Source of the DNA: an uncultured Acidobacteriota bacterium
GTDB taxonomy: Bacteria > Acidobacteriota > Vicinamibacteria > Vicinamibacterales > CAVVIG01
Length of the DNA: 64,000 nucleotides
Direction of reading: 5' to 3'
NCBI GenBank assembly: GCA_963711765.1
Contig: CAVQFC010000002.1
Location: forward strand, 777,644-841,643
Each line of letters starts with the position of its first letter. The first letter of the stretch is position 1. The notes beneath the pieces are model-generated. The model did no database searches. It saw only the letters and a program-made list of their open reading frames with translations, and was not told the origin of the DNA. Shown here piece after piece: positions 27,428-34,967 of the stretch. The position numbers were made by a program, and so were the translations under genes.

Positions 27428-27559
27428 TCAAAAGCCCGCGTACACGAATGGAGCAAAGCCTCGTCCGGTAAACGAGACGAGCAATAGCCCGAGCACCACC
27501 AGCACGACCGCAATCGAAGCCAGCGTGAAATCCTTCTCGGATTTCAGAAATGCTTTCAC
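27428..27559 (-). CDS. small membrane protein (DUF5989-like, 43 aa)
   Basis: Below the ORF-track cutoff. GGGAGG RBS, GTG at 27559, TGA at 27428-27430. The translation VKAFLKSEKDFTLASIAVVLVVLGLLLVSFTGRGFAPFVYAGF has a C-terminal 'APFVYxxF' like DUF5989 as I remember it. Confidence 0.5.
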   Translation of the reverse strand: MKAFLKSEKDFTLASIAVVLVVLGLLLVSFTGRGFAPFVYAGF

Positions 27560-27599
27560 GGTGCCTCCCTTTTCGTGTCGCGATCTTACCGCAGGAATT

Positions 27600-28271
27600 T
27601 CAGAACCGCACCCCGATCCCCACGCCTGCCCGCGTCAGGTTGATGCCGGCCGGGTCGGCGAAGATGCGGTCGTATCGCACCTGCAGATCGATGACGAGAC
27701 GCGTGAACACAGGCACGGCGATGCCGCCGCCGATCTCGAACAACGCCTTGTTGGAGCTTCCCGACAGGTCGGATCCGAGGACGATGTTGCCGTACTGATC
27801 CTGACTCAGGTTGGCCGTCACGTCGGCGCCGGCGACCGTGAAGGCCGCGTCGCGCTCGAGGTGCGCGAGACCGAAGCCAGTCTTCACGTAGGGTTGCGCC
27901 TTGCTGCCGGCGACCTGGAAGCCGTATCGGATACCGACGACCCCGAAGGTCACGGGTTCCTTCGCCGTGTAGCCGACGTTCGACTGGACCTGCGAGAGGC
28001 CTCCGGCAATGGTCTGGGCCGCGGCCGCAAACGACGCCGGTGCGACATCACGCGTCAACCCGATGTCGGCGTAGACCTGCAGGTGCGGCCGAACAGAAAA
28101 GCCGGCCTCGATACCGTAGGACTGGCTCGTGACATCGCTGAAGGCAGCCTGCCCCACCGCTTCCACGTAGCCCGCGTCGGCAGGCTGCGGACGCGGCGGA
28201 GCGGGCGTCTGCGCTCCGGCCACGCCCGCGAACGCGAGCGTCACCATCAGCGGCCCGACAAATAATTTCAT
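27600..28271 (-). CDS. small outer-membrane beta-barrel protein (OmpW/OmpA-barrel-like)
   Basis: Start at 'MKLFVGPLMVTLAFAGVAGAQ' (signal peptide). Alternating beta pattern with terminal '...AGVGIGVRF'. Confidence 0.7.
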   Translation of the reverse strand: MKLFVGPLMVTLAFAGVAGAQTPAPPRPQPADAGYVEAVGQAAFSDVTSQSYGIEAGFSVRPHLQVYADIGLTRDVAPASFAAAAQTIAGGLSQVQSNVGYTAKEPVTFGVVGIRYGFQVAGSKAQPYVKTGFGLAHLERDAAFTVAGADVTANLSQDQYGNIVLGSDLSGSSNKALFEIGGGIAVPVFTRLVIDLQVRYDRIFADPAGINLTRAGVGIGVRF

Positions 28272-28303
28272 CCAGTTCTGCTCCTCCGCCCGACGCGCCT
28301 TGG

Positions 28304-29353
28304 CTAGGCGCCGCTCCGAATGACCAGTTCCCACGCCCCGTTGATCAGCGCCATGTAGGTATAGGGGAATCCGATGACCTGCGGCCCGGCATAGTAGACG
28401 CCGACAGTCGGATAGCCATTGCCGTTCATCCAGTTGAGGGCGCCCTGCGGATCGAATCCTCTGTCGAGCAGGTCGAACACCCGCTGTTCGTCGATCGGCG
28501 GGCTGTCGAAGACATGCCCGTCGAAGGCGACGATCGTCTGCGGCGCCCAGCCCGGGCCCAGGCGCGCGTGACCCGGCGTACCGGGCGGCACTGCGCCAGG
28601 CCAGAGCGGGTTGACCGGCGTGAAGCTTTGCGTCGAACTGGGAAGGCTGGAAATCCCGTTGGCGATGTCGAGCGCGAAGGCGTGCCAGAAGTACAACGTG
28701 CCGTTGGTCAGATCGCTGGACAGGATGAACCCGGTTTCGTTGACGCCCTCAGCGACAATCCCGGTGACCGCAACCGTCGAGAACGACGAGGAGGTCGAGA
28801 TCTCGAACTTGTAGCTGATCGCGCCGGCCTGACCGGTGCGGGTGACGTTGGTGACGCGCAGCGCCGGACGCGATCCGGTTTGCGCGTTCGTGAGCGGAGA
28901 AATGGGCGTCGGCGTGCCCAAGGTGATTGCCGGGCCCACGGTGAATTTGTAGGTCGGCCCGAAAGCGCCGAGGGTGCCGCCGCTGGTGGCGCGCGCGCGC
29001 CAGTAGTAATCCTTCGCGGCCGCGAGCGAGTCGAGCTTGACGCTGGTCTGACCGCCGCTGCCTTCGACGACGCCGTCCCTGCTCTGCACCTTCGTCGCGA
29101 ACGAGGCGTCTCCGCTGACCTCGAAGCCGTAGGTGGTGCCGGTACCGGTGCTGACCGCGTTCTGGACGACGAGCGACACCGGCTGGTCGCCGTTCTTGAT
29201 TTGCGCGCCGGTCGCCGGCGCGGTCGGCCGCGGCGCGACCACCGATGCGGTCACTGAACCGCTGCTCCCGCTCGGCGCCGTGGAACCGCTCGAGCAGGCG
29301 ACCATCGCGCTGAGGGCGATCGTGATCGCCGAACAAACAACTCGTCGCATCAT
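28304..29353 (-). CDS. lipoprotein with tandem Ig/FN3-like repeats
   Basis: Start at 'MMRRVVCSAITIALSAMVACSS' (lipobox), with GGAG 8 nt upstream. Two similar modules are present ('...TYGFEVSGDASFATKV' / '...ISYKFEISTSSSFSTVA'). The upstream 180 codons of ORF 28304..29902 were rejected. Confidence 0.7.
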   Translation of the reverse strand: MMRRVVCSAITIALSAMVACSSGSTAPSGSSGSVTASVVAPRPTAPATGAQIKNGDQPVSLVVQNAVSTGTGTTYGFEVSGDASFATKVQSRDGVVEGSGGQTSVKLDSLAAAKDYYWRARATSGGTLGAFGPTYKFTVGPAITLGTPTPISPLTNAQTGSRPALRVTNVTRTGQAGAISYKFEISTSSSFSTVAVTGIVAEGVNETGFILSSDLTNGTLYFWHAFALDIANGISSLPSSTQSFTPVNPLWPGAVPPGTPGHARLGPGWAPQTIVAFDGHVFDSPPIDEQRVFDLLDRGFDPQGALNWMNGNGYPTVGVYYAGPQVIGFPYTYMALINGAWELVIRSGA

Positions 29354-29453
29354 GGTTGGTTCTCCGCCTCGGTGACGCGCGTACACACGACGCACGGACA
29401 CGCAACCATGGCGTCGAAAACTCAGGGAATGTCTCCAGTATACTTGAAGTGTT

Positions 29454-31266
29454 TTGCTTCGGGATCTCCCACCCCGCGCCCGGTGGTACATCGTCGCCGT
29501 CATCGCGCTCGGCGCGCTGACGTTTGGTGTGCTGCTGCCGCGCGCCGCAATTTCGCCGCTGCTCCCGCTCGTGCTGCTGGTCCTGCTGTCGTCGCTGACC
29601 TCGGCGTTCAAGGTGCAGTTTCCGATCGCCAGCGGCTCGAACATGTCGGTCTCGTACGTCGTGGACATCGCGGCGCTGATCCTGCGCGGCCCGCACGCGG
29701 CGATGCTCGTCGGCGCCGCCAGCGGCTGGAGCCAGACGACGCTGAACTCGCGGGCGCCGAACCCGCTGTTCCGCACGCTGTTCAACATCGCCATCCTGGT
29801 GCTGACCGTCCAGGCCGCAGGCCAGGTCTTCCAGCGCCTGGGCGGCACGCCGGACGCCGATCCGTCGCATCTGATCATGCCGCTCGCCGGCATGGCGCTC
29901 ACCTACTTCTTCGCCAACACCGTGCCGATCGCCGTCGCGATCGCGCTGACCACGAGTCAAAGCGCGTGGCGGATCTGGAAGATCCGACTTCGCGTCGAGC
30001 GCGCCGAACTATCTGCTCGGAGCCGTGGCGGCCGCGGTCGTGATTAAGGTGACGCAGACCGCCGGCTACGGGCTGACGCTGCTCCTGACCGCCGCGCCGC
30101 TCTACCTGACCTACAAGATGTATCGCGCCGGCCGCGAAAGCGACGCGCGCCAGGGCGCCATTCTCGAAGCCGCGCACGACGCCATCTTCACGCTGGATCA
30201 GCAGCTGAACATCCGCGAGTTCAATCCGGCGGCGGAGCGGATGTTCGGCCACGCGCGGCTGGACATCCTGGGTCGCAGCGTCGAGGTGCTGCTGCCGGAG
30301 GCCGATCGGGTCAGGCCACCTGAATGCGCTCAACCAGTATCTGAATACCGGCGGCGGTCCGCTCGCGCGCGGCCAGTTCGAGCTGCGCGGGCCTGAAGTC
30401 CGACGACACCGATTTCCCGCTCGAACTGACGCTGGCCCGGATCGGCGCCGACAGCCGCGCGGTGATGACCGGATTCGTCCGCGACATCACCGAGCGGCGC
30501 GCGCTCGAAGAGCAGCTGCGCCAGTCGCAGAAGCTCGAGGCGATCGGCCGGCTCGCCGGCGGCGTCGCGCACGACTTCAACAACATCCTGATGAGCATCA
30601 TGGGTGCGGCGGACCTGCTGCTGATGCAGCTGTCGCCCAGGACGATTTCGGCGGCGCGAAGAGGCGTCCGAGATCAAGCAGGCGGTCGATCGCGGCGCCG
30701 GACTGACCCGTCAGCTGCTCGCGTTCAGCCGCCGCCAGGCGACGCGACCACGGCACTTCGCGCTCGGCGACGTCGTGCTCGGCATGGACACGATGCTGCG
30801 CCGGCTGATCGGACCGGAAATCGACTTCGAGATCATTTCTTCGCCAGAACCGCTGATGGTCCGCGCCGACTCGGGTCAGATCGAGCAGGTCGTGCTGAAC
30901 CTGGTCGTCAACGCGCGCGACGCGATGCCGGAAGGCGGCGACCTGACCATCCGGATCGACGAGCTCGAGCTGGACGAAGCGGCGGCCGCCACACTGGCCG
31001 AGGGCATGCCGGGCCACTACGCGCGGCTCAGCGTCACGGACACCGGCACGGGCATCGACGAGAAGACGCGGGCGAAGCTCTTCGAGCCGTTCTTCACGAC
31101 CAAGGAACAAGGCAAGGGCACCGGCCTCGGACTCTCGATCGTCTACGGCATCGTGAAGCAGAGCGGCGGCTACATCACGGTCACCAGCGAGCCGGGTCGC
31201 GGCGCAACCTTTCAGATTTACCTGCCCATCGCCGCAGCGCCGACGCTCGTTCCCGTCACCTCCTGA
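29454..31266 (+). pseudogene. membrane sensor histidine kinase (multi-TM sensor, PAS, HisKA, HATPase_c), about five frame breaks
   Basis: The pieces are ORF 29454.., ORF 30025.. (PAS 'ILEAAHDAIFTLDQQLNIREFNPAAERMFG'), an unlisted frame ('[25 protein letters not shown]'), ORF 30462.. (H-box '[11 protein letters not shown]') and ORF 30775.. ('[10 protein letters not shown]', 'DTGTGI', '[11 protein letters not shown]'). Breaks lie near 29988, 30318, 30392, 30637 and 30660. Confidence 0.8.
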
Positions 31267-31320
31267 CGCGGTGTGGCGCGGGCCGTTCCTACAGCGGTCC
31301 AGTTAACCCTATGGCTGTGT

Positions 31321-31350
31321 TTGTTTCTACCAACAACCTGTTTATATAAT
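31321..31350 (+). promoter_or_regulatory. candidate sigma70-type promoter
   Basis: TTGTTT (31321-31326), 18-nt spacer, TATAAT (31345-31350), 22 nt upstream of ATG 31372. Confidence 0.3.
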
Positions 31351-31371
31351 CCCCGCCTTGGCAACTCGGCG

Positions 31372-31689
31372 ATGGTGAAGCAGCAAAGCAAAGCCGAACG
31401 ACGGCGTTCATCGACGCGCTCGCCTTCACGACAGGGCCCGGGCCGGCCCGCCGTTCATAGCGAAAAGTGGTCGAAGGTTTCGGTGGTGCTGTTCGATCGG
31501 CAGATTCACCACCTCGATCGCCTGGGTGCGGACATCCGTGACCGGAACGGCAAGCCCTTCAACCGCACCGAGATCATCCGCGCCTTGATCGATGGCCTCA
31601 TCGACAGCGGAATGGACGTGACGCCTTCCAGTTCTGAAGCCGATCTGCGCGGACGCGTCGCGCGCCGGCTCGGTACGCCGTACCGATAG
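31372..31689 (+). CDS. ribbon-helix-helix-like small DNA-binding protein
   Basis: Basic N-terminal tail, then a strand-helix-helix pattern 'KVSVVLFDRQIHHLDRLGADIR...NRTEIIRALIDGL'. Confidence 0.5.
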   Translation: MVKQQSKAERRRSSTRSPSRQGPGRPAVHSEKWSKVSVVLFDRQIHHLDRLGADIRDRNGKPFNRTEIIRALIDGLIDSGMDVTPSSSEADLRGRVARRLGTPYR

Positions 31690-31712
31690 AGCGGAGATCG
31701 GATCACCGTAGC

Positions 31713-31731
31713 GCGACCCTTTCAGGGTCGC
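31713..31731. repeat. REP-like hairpin
   Basis: gcgaccctttcagggtcgc, between convergent genes. Confidence 0.65.
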
Positions 31732-31814
31732 TTGGGATCACGACCTTTGAACGCCGAGCGCGCAGAGCACTAAAACAATCCCTGCGGTCTCGGTGGTCTC
31801 TGCGTCGACCGTGA

Positions 31815-32998
31815 TCACGCAGGTTCGATCGGCAGGTCGGTCGTCACTTCGTGCTTCGGCACGTGGAATCCGGCGGTAATCGCCAGCGCCAGCAGCAGGC
31901 AGGCCGCGGCTGACACGTATGGCGTCGAGTCTCCGAGGCGCTCGAGCGATGCGTTGCCCCACACCGGTCCCATCGTCCGACCCAGACTCTCGATCGCGCT
32001 GGCTGCGCCCTGCACGCGCCCTTGCTCGTCGCCGCTGCCGACGAGGCTGACCAGGCTCGACATGGTCGGATGGCCAAAGCCGATCCCGAGCGCGAGCGGC
32101 ACCATCGAGATCGCGAACATCGTGACGGTGTGTGAAAATCGCCGCGGCCAGCAGGCCGACGATGCCGCATGCGAGCCCGAGGATGAAGGTCGGCTTGTCG
32201 CCGATGCGCTTCACGATCGGCCGGATGAACCCGCCCTGTACGACGACGCCGAGCACGCCGAAGGCGGCGAAAAAGTAGCCGGTCTTCGGTGCGTCGAAGC
32301 CGAATCGTCTCGCCGCGAACAGCGCGAACGTCGTCTGAAACATCGAGAACGCGAACCAGTAGACGAAGTCGATCGCGAGGACGCGGCGCACGAGCGGACG
32401 CCGCAGCAGCTCGGGCAGGTAGCTGAACGGATTGCCGGTGCCGGCTCGCGCGCGATGCACCGTCTCGGGAAGCCACAGCCACGCCATGACGGTCGGCCAC
32501 GAGCGTCACCGCCGCCGCCGCCCAGATCGGCGCGGTGTAGCTGATGTGCGCGAGGATGCCGCTGAGCGCGGGTCCGAAAATGAAACCGAGCCCGAACGCG
32601 GCGCCGATGAGCCCGTAAGCGCGCGCGCGATCCTTCGGCGCCGTGATGTCGGCGACGTAGGCGCGAGCGGTCGAAATGTTGCCGCCCGACAGCCCGTCCA
32701 CGATCCGCGCGAGGAACAGCATCGTGATGCTGTGCGCCATCGCCAGCATCACGAAGCTGACGACGGTGCCGGCCAGGCTGAAGATCAGGATCGGCCGGCG
32801 GCCGTAACGGTCCGACAGGTCGCCGAGCGCGGGCGCCGCAGCCAGCTGGCACAGCGAGAACACGGCGAACAGCAGGCCGACGACGAGCGGAGACGCGCCG
32901 AACGTCTCGGCGTAGAACGGCAGGAGCGGGATGATGATCCCGAACCCGACGAGATTCACGAAGATCGTAAGGAAAATGATGAGAAGCGGGCGCGTCAC
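31815..32998 (-). pseudogene. MFS transporter (DHA1/TCR-like), two frame breaks
   Basis: The N-terminal 'GDLSDRYGRRPIL' motif is in ORF 31844..32998, the middle in ORF 31738..32487 and the C-terminus in ORF 31815..32120. Breaks lie near 32480 and 32115. Confidence 0.8.
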
Positions 32999-33028
32999 GA
33001 GTCAGAACATTCTATACAATCGGCGGCC

Positions 33029-34888
33029 ATGACACTGCGGTCCACGCTCATCGCCCTGCTCGCCAGCACGGCCGTCACCGCCTCCGGCGCTCGAGACGGA
33101 GCGGCGCTCCAGCCTCAGAGCCGCGCGCAGGAGCCGACAGCGGTTACCGGCCCCAAACCGGAGCCGATGCGGCCGGAAATCCTCGGCACCCACGGCATCG
33201 TCGCCGCCGGGCGCCACTATTCGGTCGCTGCCGGCGTGCGCATCCTGCAGCAGGGCGGCAACGCGGTGGACGCCGGCGTCGCGTCGGTGCTGGCGGCGTC
33301 GGTCTGCGAAATCTCGCACTTCGGTTTCGGCGGCGAAGCGCCGACGATGATCTACGACCCGAAGACGCGCGAGGTCATCGTCATCAACGGCCAGGGTCCG
33401 GCGCCGAAGGCGGCGACGCCCGAGCTGTTCAAGGTGCGCGGCTCGGTGCCCGGCAACGGCCCGCTCGGCGCGACGATTCCCGCCATGCTCGACGCGATGT
33501 CGATCGCGCTCGAAGCGAAGGGGACGCTGCGGCTCGAGCAGGTGCTTCAGCCGGCGATCGAACTGGCCGACGGCTTCCCGATGTACGAGTTCCTGCGCAA
33601 CTTCTTCGTCAGCGAGCGCAAGGCGACCGAACAGTACGAGTGGTCGGCGAAAACCTACTATCCCAACGGTCACGTGCCCGCAGTCGGCGAGATCTTCCGC
33701 CAGCCGAACCTGGCGAAGACGCTGCGGGCGATCGCCGCCGCCGACCATGCCGCGTTCGAGCGCACGCACGATCGCGCGCAGGCGATTCACGCCGGGCGCG
33801 ACGCCTTCTACAAAGGCGACATCGCGCGCCGCATCGCCGACGCCGACAAGGCTGCCGGCGGCGTGTTCTCGTACGACGATCTCGCGTCGTACCACGGCGG
33901 AATCGAAAAGCCGACCACCACGAGTTTCCACGGCTACGACGTCTACAAGGCCGGGTCGTGGAACCAGGGTCCGGTGCTGCTGCAGACGCTGAACATCCTC
34001 GAAGGCGTGGATCTGAAGGGTTACGGCGTGAACACCGCCGACTACATTCATCAGGTTCACGAAGCCATCAAGCTGGCGTACGACGATCGCAACGCCTATT
34101 ACGGCGATCCCGCGTTTGCGGCGGTGCCGCTGACGGGCCTGTTGTCGAAGCCCTACGCCGCCGAGCGTCGAAAGCAGATCGGTCCGCAGGCGTCGCTCGA
34201 ACATCGCGTCGGCGATCCGTTTCCGTTCGATCCGTCGGTGAAGGCGCCGGCGGTGCGTTACACGCCGCACTCGCAGGGAGTGAAGACACCGGCCGCGCCC
34301 GGCGACACGACCTGCGTTGACGTCGTCGACAAGGACGGGATGCTGTTCAGCGCGACGCCGAGTTCAGGATGGCTGCTCGGTGGAGCCTTCATCGCCGGCG
34401 ACACCGGCGTGCCGCTGTCGAACCGGATGACCGTCTTCGATCTCGATCCGGTAAGCCCGAACGTGCTGGTCGGCGGCAAGCGGCCGCGCACGACGCTGAC
34501 GCCGACCATCGTACTGAAGGACGGCAAGCCGTTCCTGGCGATCAGCACGCCGGGAGGCGACAGCCAGGATCAGCAGATCCTGAACGTGCTGCTCGAGATG
34601 ATCGTGTTCGGCAAGGACATCCAGGAAGCGATCGAGGCGCCGCGGGTCAACTCCGATCATCCGTTCAGCTCGTTCGACAACCACGAGAGCCAGCCGGGTG
34701 TGCTGCAGGTCGAAAATCGCATCCCGTCGGCGGTCCGCGACGCGCTGACCGCACGCGGCCACAAGCTGAAAGTGATCGGACCCTACGCCATGAGCACCGG
34801 CGTCGTCGCGGTCGGTGTCGATCCGGTCAGCGGCACGCTGCGCGGCGGCGCGGATGTCCGCCGCGAACGCTATATCTTCGGGTGGTAA
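33029..34888 (+). CDS. ggt: gamma-glutamyltransferase family protein
   Basis: Start at 'MTLRSTLIALLASTAVTASG' (signal). Nucleophile region 'GDTTCVDVVDKDG', plus 'GGKRPRTTLTPTIV' and 'STPGGDSQ'. The upstream 199 codons of ORF 32432.. are antisense to the MFS gene. Confidence 0.85.
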   Translation: MTLRSTLIALLASTAVTASGARDGAALQPQSRAQEPTAVTGPKPEPMRPEILGTHGIVAAGRHYSVAAGVRILQQGGNAVDAGVASVLAASVCEISHFGFGGEAPTMIYDPKTREVIVINGQGPAPKAATPELFKVRGSVPGNGPLGATIPAMLDAMSIALEAKGTLRLEQVLQPAIELADGFPMYEFLRNFFVSERKATEQYEWSAKTYYPNGHVPAVGEIFRQPNLAKTLRAIAAADHAAFERTHDRAQAIHAGRDAFYKGDIARRIADADKAAGGVFSYDDLASYHGGIEKPTTTSFHGYDVYKAGSWNQGPVLLQTLNILEGVDLKGYGVNTADYIHQVHEAIKLAYDDRNAYYGDPAFAAVPLTGLLSKPYAAERRKQIGPQASLEHRVGDPFPFDPSVKAPAVRYTPHSQGVKTPAAPGDTTCVDVVDKDGMLFSATPSSGWLLGGAFIAGDTGVPLSNRMTVFDLDPVSPNVLVGGKRPRTTLTPTIVLKDGKPFLAISTPGGDSQDQQILNVLLEMIVFGKDIQEAIEAPRVNSDHPFSSFDNHESQPGVLQVENRIPSAVRDALTARGHKLKVIGPYAMSTGVVAVGVDPVSGTLRGGADVRRERYIFGW

Positions 34889-34920
34889 CGTGGCGCGACG
34901 GAAAAATCGGGTACTTGGAT

Positions 34921-34967
34921 TTGCCAATCAATTACCCGATTGCCCAATCACCCAATTCCGCCAATTG
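34921..34967. repeat. low-complexity CCAAT-word stutter
   Basis: The sequence is ttgccaatcaattacccgattgcccaatcacccaattccgccaattg, with four CCAAT cores, between convergent stops. Confidence 0.4.

Noticed and set aside
29354-29902. Upstream extension of ORF 28304..29902. The same issue applies to 57627-57926 for mmsA and 41212-41736 for the Gly-rich protein.
   Set aside because: The extensions overlap other genes or lack coding character. Internal starts with an RBS and/or signal peptides fit better.
29454-31266. Programmed ribosomal frameshifting as an explanation for the frame changes (also considered for the other broken genes)
   Set aside because: I could see no slippery heptamer or downstream structure at the break points, such as 21845 (CGCGATCGC context), 15110 or 26365. 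Up to eight breaks per gene is incompatible with programmed events.
32432-33028. N-terminal 199 codons of the 818-aa ORF containing ggt
   Set aside because: This part is antisense to the MFS gene and Arg/Asp/Glu-rich. A signal peptide begins at the internal ATG 33029.
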